Source of the DNA: Candidatus Dormiibacterota bacterium
GTDB lineage: Bacteria > Chloroflexota > Dormibacteria > CF-121
Reading direction: 5' to 3'
NCBI GenBank assembly: GCA_036564925.1
Contig: DATCOB010000082.1
Coordinates: 149 to 64,148, forward strand
DNA: 64,000 bases
A program made the position numbers and the translations under genes. How positions within the stretch are numbered: the first letter of the stretch is position 1; the number at the start of each line of letters is the position of its first letter. A model generated the notes under the pieces. The model saw nothing but the letters and a program-made list of their open reading frames with translations, was not told the origin of the DNA and ran no database searches. Of the stretch, positions 29,076 to 38,672 are shown one piece after another.

Positions 29076-29522
29076 TCAACGACTGTTCGCGAACAGGCGG
29101 CTGAAGTAGGTGATGGCGAGGGGAACCAGCAGAGCCAGCAGCGAAGTCAGGACCGCGAGCCCGTCGGGCAGGTGGCTCGGATTGCTCATCCCGATATAGG
29201 TGAAGATGGCGGCCCCGATGGCGCTGCCGATCACGACGATCGTCGCCACGATGGTGGCCCAGTCTCGGTGCTGCATGTAAAGCGACAACGACTTGCGACC
29301 GGCAAGACGAAGTAACCATGAGGCGGTCAGGCCGTTGAGGACCAGCGAGCTGACGAGGGCGCAGGCGGCGATTGCAATCCGGAATTGAGACAGGTTGCGC
29401 ATTACGAACGCGGAAGCGTTGACGACGAGGATGCCGATCGGGGTGATGATTCCGATCGCCAGGAGCAGCCAGCGGGCGCTGAAGTAGCCGCGCAAGAGCC
29501 GGTCGCCCTGGCGGTTCGTCAT
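29076..29522 (-). CDS. Hypothetical 4-TM membrane protein
   Basis: Hydrophobic segments; start overlaps the kynU stop. Confidence 0.7.
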   Translation of the reverse strand: MTNRQGDRLLRGYFSARWLLLAIGIITPIGILVVNASAFVMRNLSQFRIAIAACALVSSLVLNGLTASWLLRLAGRKSLSLYMQHRDWATIVATIVVIGSAIGAAIFTYIGMSNPSHLPDGLAVLTSLLALLVPLAITYFSRLFANSR

Positions 29523-30763
29523 CAGGTGACCGTCAGGCGGGTGGCGTACTCGGGCCGTGCCCAGGCCCGTGACATGAGCACGTCGCCAAGGGTGCGGACC
29601 GCATCGTAGACGTCGACATACCGGGTGTAGAGTGGCGCGAGCCCGAACCTCATGACATCCGGCGTGCGGAAATCGCCGATGACGCCGCGGTCGATCAGGG
29701 CACGCATCACCCGGTAGCCCTCTGCATGGCGCAGCGAGACCTGGGAGCCGCGCCGCGTCGCCTCCCTCGGTGAGACAACCTCGACCTCCGATCCCCCGAA
29801 GGTCTCGTCGACGAGTCGAATGAAGAGGTCGCCCAGCGCCATGGACTTGCGTCGCATCTCAGCGTGGTCGACCCGGAGCAAGAGATCGATGGCGACCTCG
29901 AGAGCCGCCATGCTGAGGATGGGCGGCGAGCCGGCCAGCTGGCGCATGATGCCGTCGGCCGGCCGGTAGGTGCGCTCGAACGCAAAAGGCGCCGCGTGGC
30001 CCATCCAGCCGCTGAGCGGTGACTCCATGGCGCCCTGCAGCGTCCTGGCGACAAAGAGGTAGGCGGGAGCGCCCGGCCCCCCATTGAGGTACTTGTAGCC
30101 GCAGCCGATCGCCAGGTCCACGGCGTTCTTGTTTAGATCGACCGGCACCGCGCCGGCGCTGTGCGAGAGATCCCAGAGCGTGAGCACGCCATGACGTCGG
30201 GCTGCCTGCGTGAGTCGTTCCATGTCATGGATCTCGCCGGTCACGTAGTCGACGTGGGTCAGCATGAGAACGGCGACGCTGCCGTCCAGCGCTTGGTCGA
30301 GCTGGGATCGCTTCACCACGCGCAGGGCGTGATTCCCATTGAGCAGCTGGATCAGGCCCTGGGCAACGTACAGGTCGGTCGGAAAGTTCTCCTCTTCCGT
30401 GAGAACGAAGTGACGCCCAGGTTGGATCCGCAGGGCGCCCGCCAGCAGCTTGAAGAGGTTGACCGACGTGCTGTCGGCCGCAACGACCTCGCCGGCTTCC
30501 GCGCCGATCAGGGTGGCGATCTTGTCGCCGATCCGCCGAGGCGCGTCGATCCAGTGGGCCGAATTCCAGCTGCGGATGAGCCCCTTCCCCCACTCCTCGG
30601 CGATGACCTCGGTGAGCCGCGGCAGGGTGGCCCGGGGCAGCGCGCCGAGCGAATTCCCGTCGAGGTAGATCACGCCCTCCGGGATGGCAAACTCATCCCG
30701 CGCGGCCTTGAGCGGATCCTGCTGGTCGAAGCCGAGGCAGGTCTCGCGGTCCACGGACGGCAT
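29522..30763 (-). CDS. kynU: Kynureninase
   Basis: YLDGNSLG, WDLSHSAG, GCGYKYLNGGPG, RGSQVS and RFGLAPLY motifs. Alternative GTG start at 30754. Confidence 0.95.
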   Translation of the reverse strand: MPSVDRETCLGFDQQDPLKAARDEFAIPEGVIYLDGNSLGALPRATLPRLTEVIAEEWGKGLIRSWNSAHWIDAPRRIGDKIATLIGAEAGEVVAADSTSVNLFKLLAGALRIQPGRHFVLTEEENFPTDLYVAQGLIQLLNGNHALRVVKRSQLDQALDGSVAVLMLTHVDYVTGEIHDMERLTQAARRHGVLTLWDLSHSAGAVPVDLNKNAVDLAIGCGYKYLNGGPGAPAYLFVARTLQGAMESPLSGWMGHAAPFAFERTYRPADGIMRQLAGSPPILSMAALEVAIDLLLRVDHAEMRRKSMALGDLFIRLVDETFGGSEVEVVSPREATRRGSQVSLRHAEGYRVMRALIDRGVIGDFRTPDVMRFGLAPLYTRYVDVYDAVRTLGDVLMSRAWARPEYATRLTVT

Positions 30764-30777
30764 TATGGGCGCTGCCC

Positions 30778-32013
30778 TCAGAAGTGACTCGGGCACCACG
30801 GCGCCCGGTCGGTGGCGAACATCGCGTCGGCCCGCGCGACCGCGCCCGGGCGATTCTCCTCGATTCTTCCGGCCTCGAGCAGCGTGCGGAACCTGTTGCC
30901 GCCGAGGTAGAGCGCGCCGAGGTCCGCGGCGTCGAGCGCCAGGTCGGGGGCGCCTTTTATGCTTCGGCATTCGGCGCCCGCCGGCCCTCCCACCAGCTCG
31001 AACTGCCGATCGTTCCAGGGGCAGAAGGCATCGCGGACGCGCAGTGCCAGACGATCCTCGACCGAATAGCGACGTCCCTTAAGGGCCGCGGCGACATCCA
31101 CCAGCCGCAACCAGATGCCATCCTCGACCCTAGTCTTCGGCTGCCGAGAGTCCGCCAACAGGAAGCGCAGGGGCTCTTCCACCGGACGCATCTCGGCGGA
31201 CACCCGTGCGATCAGGTCCACATCCAGGACGTGGCGCCAGAGGGCCGCGTAAGCCTCGGCCGTTGCCGCCACCAGCATTTCGAGGCGCAGCTCCCCGTTT
31301 GGGCCGGCCGCATCCCAACCCATCTTGATCCGGTAAATCGCAAAGCCGGATGGCTTCCCGTCCGTCTCGTAGAGCACGCGATATTGTGGGCTGGCGCCAG
31401 CCCGGCTCACCTCGAGGTCGGCCATCTGGGTGCGGATCCAGCGCTCGTCCAGCGCCAACATGCCGGGCTGGTTGCCTCGAGCATCCTCCCAGACGCGAGT
31501 GAAGGCACTGATGGCGGTTGCGAGATCCGCCATCGAGAGCCGTCCCCTGCCGTAGACCGTTGTGGCAAAGGCCGCGTGCGAACGCGCGATCTCCAGCGCA
31601 GCCTGGTAGGTCGCCAGGCCATAGCCGAAACGTCCGTAGATCGGCGCCTCGGAGGCGTAGAGGGCCGCCAGCGGCTCGCCGCGTTCGTGCATGTCGTCCA
31701 GCTGGCGCCGCATCATCGCCGTCAGCAATCCACGGCGGCGATGCGTGCTCAGGACGCTGACCCGTGTCACGCCGCCGCACCGGAGTGCGCCTCCGGGAAC
31801 GGTCATTTCGTAGGAAAAGATGCCAGCCGTGGCCACGATTTCGGGGCCGTCGAAAACCGCCAGGCTCCGGTCGAACTCCGTGATCTCACGGCTGGCCGCC
31901 AGCTCCTCGTCCGTCGGCGGCGGCGAACCAAAGGCGCGCCGAATGTGCGTCGAGTACGCACGCTGTTCTTCCGGCTTGAGTTGCCGGAGCTCGAGGCCGG
32001 GGTGCGCGCTTAG
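30778..32013 (-). CDS. Eis-like GNAT acetyltransferase with SCP2 domain (start codon unclear)
   Basis: GVTRVSV, HRRRGLL, LYASE, IYGRFGYG and WLRLVDV motifs. No in-frame ATG/GTG at the expected N-terminus. Confidence 0.85.
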   Translation of the reverse strand, partial: LSAHPGLELRQLKPEEQRAYSTHIRRAFGSPPPTDEELAASREITEFDRSLAVFDGPEIVATAGIFSYEMTVPGGALRCGGVTRVSVLSTHRRRGLLTAMMRRQLDDMHERGEPLAALYASEAPIYGRFGYGLATYQAALEIARSHAAFATTVYGRGRLSMADLATAISAFTRVWEDARGNQPGMLALDERWIRTQMADLEVSRAGASPQYRVLYETDGKPSGFAIYRIKMGWDAAGPNGELRLEMLVAATAEAYAALWRHVLDVDLIARVSAEMRPVEEPLRFLLADSRQPKTRVEDGIWLRLVDVAAALKGRRYSVEDRLALRVRDAFCPWNDRQFELVGGPAGAECRSIKGAPDLALDAADLGALYLGGNRFRTLLEAGRIEENRPGAVARADAMFATDRAPWCPSHF

Positions 32014-32795
32014 CGTTGAACCAGGGCCAGCGCTCGGCAGGGGCTTCCTGATCCTTTCACGAGCTTCAGCGGAGCCACCACAAGGACGGCGCCGGTCGGC
32101 GGCAACTTGGCCAGGTTGGCGAGCTGGGTGAGGCCGTACTTGTTCGCGCCGAGCAGAAACTGGTGGCAGGGAAATGGCGGATTGAAGGAATGGGCAGTGC
32201 CGGCGTCGGTGCCGACCGTCTCGACACCCACGCCGACGACGGGGCTCTCTTTCGCGAGCCAGGTCGCCAGTTCGATGTCGATGCCGGGGGTATGAGGGCC
32301 GGTCTCGTTCGCATTGAGGAAGGCCTTCTGGTCCTGTGCGCGCGCATCCCACCCCGTTCGATAGAGGAGCCAGCATCCCTTCGGGATCGGGCCGTGCTCG
32401 CGTTCGAAGGCCCGGATATCGTCCCGGGTCAACAGGTAGTCGGGATTGGCCTGCGCCTCTTTCGACTTGTCGATCACCACGGCTGGCCCGATCAACCGCG
32501 CGACTGGGACCTGCGACACGTCGTCCTTGTCTTTTCCGGTGACCCAGTGGATGGGGGCGTCGAAATGGGTGCCGGCGTGCTCGCCACCCTCGAACCAGTT
32601 CCAGTACCACGCCGGGCCCTTCTCGTCGTACCGGCTGATCTCGTGCGTCTTCCACGCCGGCGTGTTGGCGAATGGTGGTGGCAGCTGGATCATCGGAGTC
32701 CGGTCCGACAGCGGCTGGGTGAGGTCGATGACCTCGATGGAACCCGACATGAGTCCGGTGACGAAGGATGCGAGCGTGTCGACCGTCGTACTCAT
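32010..32795 (-). CDS. kynB: Cyclase-family metal hydrolase (kynurenine formamidase-like)
   Basis: EHAGTHFDAP, GVETVGTD and GSGSPCRA motifs; in the same operon as kynU. Confidence 0.82.
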   Translation of the reverse strand: MSTTVDTLASFVTGLMSGSIEVIDLTQPLSDRTPMIQLPPPFANTPAWKTHEISRYDEKGPAWYWNWFEGGEHAGTHFDAPIHWVTGKDKDDVSQVPVARLIGPAVVIDKSKEAQANPDYLLTRDDIRAFEREHGPIPKGCWLLYRTGWDARAQDQKAFLNANETGPHTPGIDIELATWLAKESPVVGVGVETVGTDAGTAHSFNPPFPCHQFLLGANKYGLTQLANLAKLPPTGAVLVVAPLKLVKGSGSPCRALALVQR

Positions 32796-32797
32796 CT

Positions 32798-33472
32798 TCA
32801 CTCCTCCCTTGATTTCAGCGCCGGGATGTTCGTTGGCTGGACTTTGGTCACACGGGTCGGCCTCCGCAAGTCCTCCGTGCGGCGCGGTGGCTGCTGCAAG
32901 GCTCGCGGGAACTCGAAGCGATTCTCGAGCATGTGCACATCCATCAAAAAGCTCTTCGGCATCTCCGCCTCCACCTTTGCCACCACGCAACTCAGATCGT
33001 CGCCGTTGATGGCGTCGAGCGCCGCCTCCTCGAACGCATCCAGCTCGCGGACCAGTTGCGACCGGGGAAAGCCCGCCGCCTTGGCGATGCCGGCGAGATC
33101 CGTTCCCGTCGAGGTCGCCGTGGTAAACCAGCGGTAACCGCCCGGAGCGCCGCCTCCGACGGAGAGCAGCGTCTCGTTATCGAAGATGAGATGCACCAGG
33201 TTGCGTGGCCTGGACCGAGCCATGGTGGTGAGTCCGCCGAGGTTCATCAGGACCGAGCCGTCCCCGTCGACCACCACCACCTTGCGATCGGGCTGGGCGA
33301 GCGCAAGACCGAGCCCGATCGATGACGCCAGCCCCATGGCGTGTTCCAGGTAGAAGAAGTTTGCCCGATGGCCCAGCGAGTAGAGCTCGGCGGCCACCGC
33401 GCCCATGATGGTGACCACCGCGCAATCTTCCAGTGCCGGGTAGATCGCCTTGAGGCAATCGATCCGCTTCAC
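32798..33472 (-). CDS. TPP-dependent decarboxylase beta subunit (ComE/Ppd-like)
   Basis: MGLASSIGLG, DGDGSVLMN and FDN motifs; GTGA overlap with the alpha subunit. Confidence 0.88.
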   Translation of the reverse strand: MKRIDCLKAIYPALEDCAVVTIMGAVAAELYSLGHRANFFYLEHAMGLASSIGLGLALAQPDRKVVVVDGDGSVLMNLGGLTTMARSRPRNLVHLIFDNETLLSVGGGAPGGYRWFTTATSTGTDLAGIAKAAGFPRSQLVRELDAFEEAALDAINGDDLSCVVAKVEAEMPKSFLMDVHMLENRFEFPRALQQPPRRTEDLRRPTRVTKVQPTNIPALKSREE

Positions 33473-33987
33473 GTCGGCTCCTCCCACATGAGGTCCCGGT
33501 TGAGGAGCAACGCGACCGGCGAGAGCGAGCTCTGGGCGAGCGTCATCGCCTGGCTGAGCTTGGGTTCGATGTCCTGCGGCCGCGCCAGGTCGTCGTGCGC
33601 GATGTGCAGCGCATCCAACACCGGCCGGGTGTGCTTGCCGCCCTCCGTTTGCCAGGGATCTTTCTCTCCGAAGGTGCCGCGATCGGTGATCAGCATCAGC
33701 AGGGGGATCTTGTAGAGGAGCGAGATGCCGACGATCCCGTTGATCGCCTGCAGGAACCCATGATTCTGCAGCAGCATGGCCGACTTGACGCCGGCGAAGT
33801 GCGCGCCGGCCGAGATGCCGACGCCTTCCTCTTCCTTGGCGAGCCGCACGAGCGTCATATCCGGGTCTTCGTCCGCCATCCGGATCAGGTGCACCAGCCA
33901 CGTCTCCGGGAGCGCGCTCACCAGCTTGACGCCCGTCTTCTTCAAGGCGTCATAAACGATCTGCGAATTGGCGATCGACACCGGCAC
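33469..33987 (-). CDS. TPP-dependent decarboxylase alpha subunit (ComD-like)
   Basis: LPETW, KEEEGVGISAG, LQNHG and RG-x-FGE motifs. Confidence 0.88.
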   Translation of the reverse strand: MPVSIANSQIVYDALKKTGVKLVSALPETWLVHLIRMADEDPDMTLVRLAKEEEGVGISAGAHFAGVKSAMLLQNHGFLQAINGIVGISLLYKIPLLMLITDRGTFGEKDPWQTEGGKHTRPVLDALHIAHDDLARPQDIEPKLSQAMTLAQSSLSPVALLLNRDLMWEEPT

Positions 33988-33996
33988 GTGCCTTAT

Positions 33997-34157
33997 CTAA
34001 GCAGAATCAGCGAGGCCACAGGCCGAGCCGCGCTTTCGCGCGGAAAGCGCCGGCGCCGCATGCCGCCTGTACGCGCAGGGCGAGGGCATTGGAATTTTGC
34101 CCGAGCCGCGCATGGGCGGCTGGACGGCGCACCGGCGCGTGTAAGTCTCTGTGCTAA
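33997..34157 (-). repeat. Structured intergenic repeat, copy B
   Basis: Reverse complement contains the 40-nt core. Termini are TTAGCACAGA...TCTGCTTAG. Confidence 0.85.
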
Positions 34158-34177
34158 CCCGGCTTAGAATGGCCTGA

Positions 34178-35554
34178 GTGCAGGTCCTGGAGAGCATCCT
34201 GGAGGCCGTCGGGCACACGCCGCTGGTGCGGCTCCATCGCGTCACCGCCGGACTGAAGCCGACCATCCTTGCCAAGGTCGAGACGCTCAATCCGGGCGGC
34301 AGCGTGAAAGACCGGATCGGCGTGCGGATGATCGAGGATGCGGAGCGTCGCGGGCTGCTGAAGCCGGGCGGCACGATCGTCGAGCCGACGTCCGGGAATA
34401 CCGGCCACGCCCTGGCGATGGCGGCGGCCCTGAGGGGCTATCGCATGATCTTCGTGATGGCGGACAAACAGTCCGCCGAGAAGATCGCGCTGTTGCGCGC
34501 CTACGGCGCCGAGGTGGTCGTCTGTCCAACGGCGGTGCCTCGCGACTCGCCCGAAAGCTACTACTCGGTCGCCGAGCGCCTCAGCCACGAGATCCCGGGC
34601 GCCTTTCAACCGAACCAGTATTTCAACCAGGCGAACCCTCAGGCGCATTACCAGACCACCGGGCCGGAAATCTGGGAACAGACCGACGGCTTGATCGACG
34701 TCTTCGTGGCGGGTCTTGGCACGGGCGGCACGATGACGGGCACGGCGCGATTCTTGAAGGAGAAGAAGCCCTCCGTGATGACGGTCGGTGCCGACCCGGA
34801 AGGCTCGCTTTACTCGGGGGACACCATCCGACCCTACAAGGTGGAAGGGATCGGCGAAGACTTCATCCCGGGTACGATCGACCTCAAGCTGATCGATCGC
34901 ATCGTTCAGGTCAACGATCGGGACTCGTTTCTGACAGCCCGCCGCATCACCCGCGAAGAGGGCATCCTTGTCGGCGGGTCGGCCGGAACGGCGATGAAAG
35001 CGGCGATGGAGGTCGCCCAGGAGCTCGACGAGAAGGCGGTCATGGTCGTCATCCTGCCCGATACCGGGCGGAACAACCTGAGCAAGATCTATTCAGATGA
35101 GTGGATGCGACAGAACGGGTACCTGGAGCGGTTCCCCCGGCAGCTGGTCCAGGATGTGATGGCGGCCCGGGAGCGCGAGGTCCCCAGGCTGGTCACGGTG
35201 TCCTCGCATGAGAAGGTCGGCCGGGCCATCGATCTCTTACAGGAATACGGCATTTCGCAAATGCCCGTGATCGAGGATGGACGAGGGCCCGGCGGGAAGG
35301 TCGTCGGAAGTATTCAGGAGCGCTCCTTGCTCGATCGGGTCTACCGCGACCCCGGCCTGATCGAGACCACGGTCGGCGCCGCGATGGACGGACCCTTTCC
35401 CACGATCGCCGCCGCCGCCCACATCGACGACGCGTTCAATGCCCTCCTGGGTGGGGCGACGGCGCTGGTCGTCATGGATGTCGAACGGCCCGTGGGAATC
35501 ATCACGAGGCTGGATCTGCTGCAGTTCATGGCTCACACGCGGGCGGCACGGTGA
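34178..35554 (+). CDS. cbs: Cystathionine beta-synthase with C-terminal CBS domains
   Basis: NPGGSVKDR, TSGNTG, GTGGT, EGIGED and a C-terminal CBS pair. Confidence 0.93.
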   Translation: MQVLESILEAVGHTPLVRLHRVTAGLKPTILAKVETLNPGGSVKDRIGVRMIEDAERRGLLKPGGTIVEPTSGNTGHALAMAAALRGYRMIFVMADKQSAEKIALLRAYGAEVVVCPTAVPRDSPESYYSVAERLSHEIPGAFQPNQYFNQANPQAHYQTTGPEIWEQTDGLIDVFVAGLGTGGTMTGTARFLKEKKPSVMTVGADPEGSLYSGDTIRPYKVEGIGEDFIPGTIDLKLIDRIVQVNDRDSFLTARRITREEGILVGGSAGTAMKAAMEVAQELDEKAVMVVILPDTGRNNLSKIYSDEWMRQNGYLERFPRQLVQDVMAAREREVPRLVTVSSHEKVGRAIDLLQEYGISQMPVIEDGRGPGGKVVGSIQERSLLDRVYRDPGLIETTVGAAMDGPFPTIAAAAHIDDAFNALLGGATALVVMDVERPVGIITRLDLLQFMAHTRAAR

Positions 35555-36711
35555 CGGAGCCCGCGGGCTCGGGTTTTTCGACCCGGGCGATCCACGCCGG
35601 TCAGGAGCCCGACCCGCTGACCGGCGCCGTGGTCGTTCCGATCTACCAGACGTCGACCTACGCGCAATCGGGCGTGGGCCGGCACAAGGGGTACGAATAC
35701 TCCCGGACCGCCAACCCCACGCGGACGGCGCTGGAACGCTGCATCGCCGCCCTGGAGGGCGGCCGCCACGGCCTGGCCTTCGCCTCCGGGATGGCGGCCG
35801 AGTCGGCGATCATGCAACTGCTCAAGCCGGGCGATCACACCATCGCCGGCGACGACTTGTATGGGGGTACATACCGCCTCTTTCGGCGTCTTTTGGAGCC
35901 GATGGGATTGACGTTCTCGTTCGTCGACGCCTCTGACCCACGTACCGTGGAAGAGGCCTGGACGGACAGGACGCGCATGGTGTGGCTCGAGTCCCCGACC
36001 AACCCTCTCCTCAAGCTGGTGGACATCGCGGCGGTCAGCCGGCTTGCCCACGCCCATGATGCCCTCGTCGTCGTGGACAACACCTTCATGAGCCCGTATC
36101 TGCAACAACCGCTCGCGCTGGGTGCCGACATCGTGGTCCATAGCGCCACCAAGTTTCTTGGCGGACACAGTGACGTCATCCTGGGCGTGCTGGCCGTCGA
36201 CCAGGACGACCTCCGTGAGCGGCTGGCCTTCATCCAGAACGCGGCCGGCGGCGTCCCGGGCCCGATGGACGCCTGGCTTGTGCTACGGGGGATCAAGACG
36301 CTGGCGGTGCGGATGCGGGAACACGACCGCAACGCGCGGCTGATTGCCGAGTTCCTCAGCGAGCATGACAAGGTGGAGCGGGTCTTCTACCCGGGGCTTC
36401 CGACCCACCCCCAACATGCGCTCGCCAAGCGACAGATGTCGGGGTTCGGCGGCATGATCTCCTTCGAGGTCAAGGGCGGGCTGGAGGCCGCTCACCGGGT
36501 GGTGGAAGGCACGAGGCTGTTCACCCTCGCGGAAAGCCTGGGCGGGGTCGAGGCCCTGATCGAGCTTCCGGCAGCGATGACGCACGCCTCCATCCCGGCC
36601 GAAACCCGCCGCGCGCATGGCGTGGCGGACGGGCTGGTGCGTATCTCCGTGGGGATCGAGGACGTCGCGGATCTGATCTCAGACCTTGACCGGGCCCTGT
36701 CCGACGCGTGA
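35551..36711 (+). CDS. Cystathionine gamma-lyase/synthase
   Basis: YSRTANPT, ESPTNP, DNTF, HSATKFLGGHSD and AESLGGVE motifs. Confidence 0.93.
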   Translation: MTEPAGSGFSTRAIHAGQEPDPLTGAVVVPIYQTSTYAQSGVGRHKGYEYSRTANPTRTALERCIAALEGGRHGLAFASGMAAESAIMQLLKPGDHTIAGDDLYGGTYRLFRRLLEPMGLTFSFVDASDPRTVEEAWTDRTRMVWLESPTNPLLKLVDIAAVSRLAHAHDALVVVDNTFMSPYLQQPLALGADIVVHSATKFLGGHSDVILGVLAVDQDDLRERLAFIQNAAGGVPGPMDAWLVLRGIKTLAVRMREHDRNARLIAEFLSEHDKVERVFYPGLPTHPQHALAKRQMSGFGGMISFEVKGGLEAAHRVVEGTRLFTLAESLGGVEALIELPAAMTHASIPAETRRAHGVADGLVRISVGIEDVADLISDLDRALSDA

Positions 36712-36736
36712 AGCTCAACAATAAAGGAGGCGCTCA

Positions 36737-36928
36737 ATGAAAGTCATCGTCAACTTCGCCAATATCCTGGTCGCCATCATCCTGCTCCTGCTCGGCCTGT
36801 CCGTCTTCACCCGGCACCGCATCGCGTCGTACGTGGTGGGGGGCTTCATCATGGTGCTCGCCGCGCTCAGCATCCTCGCGTTCTTGAAGATCCTGAATGT
36901 GCAGGGTGGCCCGATCACGATTGGCTGA
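36737..36928 (+). CDS. 63-aa two-TM membrane protein
   Basis: AAAGGAGG RBS; two hydrophobic helices. Confidence 0.75.
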   Translation: MKVIVNFANILVAIILLLLGLSVFTRHRIASYVVGGFIMVLAALSILAFLKILNVQGGPITIG

Positions 36929-37004
36929 GCGTCCGGCAACGCCGAAGCCGTGACGTATCCGTAACGTTCGATTCGCGACCTCAGACCGCGGGTAGACTCC
37001 AGTC

Positions 37005-37865
37005 GTGGACGTACTCAAGATCACGCCGCGTGGCTACTGCCACGGGGTGGTGGAAGCGATCCGCGCGGCCAAACAAACGGCCAAAGCTCGTCCGGGCGAG
37101 AAGATCCAGATGCTGGGTTACCTCGTCCACAACGTGCATGTGACCGACGAGCTCCAGGAGAACGGTATTCAACTGGTGGACGCTGACGACCGGCTGGAGG
37201 GCCTCGATCAGATCGAGGGCGGTACGGTCATCTTCACGGCTCACGGGGTGTCCCCAGCCGTCAAGGCCAGGGCCGCCGAACGCGGGCTCAACATGGTTGA
37301 CGCCACCTGCTCCGACGTCGTGGTCACCCACGACCTGGTCAAAGACCTGGTCGAGCGGGGCTACGACGTCGTCTATATCGGTCGGCGTGGCCACCCCGAG
37401 CCCGAAGGTGTGATCGGGGAGGCGCCCGGCAAGGTGCATCTCGTCCAGGATCCGCAGGACGTGGATGCCCTCGACATCGCGAACGGCAAGATCGCGGTCA
37501 CCTGCCAGACCACGCTCAGCATCTGGGATACCGCGGCCATGATCAAGCGGGTTCGGGACAAGTATCCCCATACGGAAGCCTACAACGAGATCTGCCGGGC
37601 AACCCAGGACCGCCAGGAGGCGGCGGTGGAGGCCGCCAAGGAGTGCGACATTGTCATCGTCGTCGGCAGCGAGCGAAGCTCCAACTCCAAACGACTCGTG
37701 CAGGTGGTCCAGGAGCTCGCCCACAAGCCGGCGTACCTGGTGGATACCGTGCGTGACATCAAGCCCGAGTGGTTTGACGGCAAAAAGCGCGTCGGCGTGA
37801 CCTCAGGGGCCTCCACGCCCACCCAGCTGACCCGCCAGGTCATCGAACACCTCGAAGCGCTGTAG
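37005..37865 (+). CDS. ispH: 4-hydroxy-3-methylbut-2-enyl diphosphate reductase
   Basis: GYCHGV, VHN, AHG, DATC, QTT, ICRAT, SSNS and GASTP motifs. Confidence 0.97.
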   Translation: MDVLKITPRGYCHGVVEAIRAAKQTAKARPGEKIQMLGYLVHNVHVTDELQENGIQLVDADDRLEGLDQIEGGTVIFTAHGVSPAVKARAAERGLNMVDATCSDVVVTHDLVKDLVERGYDVVYIGRRGHPEPEGVIGEAPGKVHLVQDPQDVDALDIANGKIAVTCQTTLSIWDTAAMIKRVRDKYPHTEAYNEICRATQDRQEAAVEAAKECDIVIVVGSERSSNSKRLVQVVQELAHKPAYLVDTVRDIKPEWFDGKKRVGVTSGASTPTQLTRQVIEHLEAL

Positions 37866-37936
37866 CTGGCGCCGAAGCCGCTGTAGACTCGCCTCGACTT
37901 CGTTGTTCTTCTATCTCATTAAGGGGAGCTGCACCC

Positions 37937-38593
37937 ATGCGCCTTTACCCCGACGTTTACAGCCGTCGTTTCGGATGGATGCTCGCGGACCTCTTCACGG
38001 TCGCGTGGATCTACCTTTGCGTTCAAGCGGGGCTCTTCGTGAACCGGCTCGTGCTCCAGTTGGATGCGCTGGCGCAGGGCGTCATCAATGCCGGCAAGAC
38101 CTTCGACAGCTGGATTCGGTCCTTCGAGAGCGCCGTCCCCTCGGGGGTCCCGTACCTCTCGGACTTCCTTCGCCGAACCGCCGAGGGCTTGAAGAGCCAT
38201 TCCGGCGATTCGCTGATCTCGGCTGGCCTGGCCGGCTCGCATGCGATCCACCTGCTGGCCCTGCTGTTGGCCGTCATCGTGGCCGCCATCCCGATCTTCC
38301 TGCTCCTGATGCTGTTCGTCCCGCGGCGCCTTCGGTTGATCTATGACATGCAGGGGGTGCACGTGACCATCCGCCGGGCGCTGGCCAAACCGGAGCTCAC
38401 CCCCCAGATGTTGGAGATCCTCGCCGGCCGCGCCATCTACACGCTGCCCTACCATCGGCTGCTGGCCTATTCGCAGAACCCAGCCGAGGACTGGCATCTC
38501 CGCCGCTTCGAACCGCTGGCCCGGGCTGAGCTCGAGCGACACGGTCTCTCGGTGGAACGGTACTTTGGCGTTCGCCCGGCCCTTCCGGCCTGA
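37937..38593 (+). CDS. Conserved-looking hypothetical membrane protein
   Basis: AAGGGGAG RBS; two TM segments. Confidence 0.7.
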   Translation: MRLYPDVYSRRFGWMLADLFTVAWIYLCVQAGLFVNRLVLQLDALAQGVINAGKTFDSWIRSFESAVPSGVPYLSDFLRRTAEGLKSHSGDSLISAGLAGSHAIHLLALLLAVIVAAIPIFLLLMLFVPRRLRLIYDMQGVHVTIRRALAKPELTPQMLEILAGRAIYTLPYHRLLAYSQNPAEDWHLRRFEPLARAELERHGLSVERYFGVRPALPA

Positions 38594-38672
38594 CCGCGGA
38601 CCCGGTGCTTGCAAGAAACTCGCCGAAGGGATGGTTGCTCTAGGAGACCGCCCGTCGGCGGCCGATATCCCT

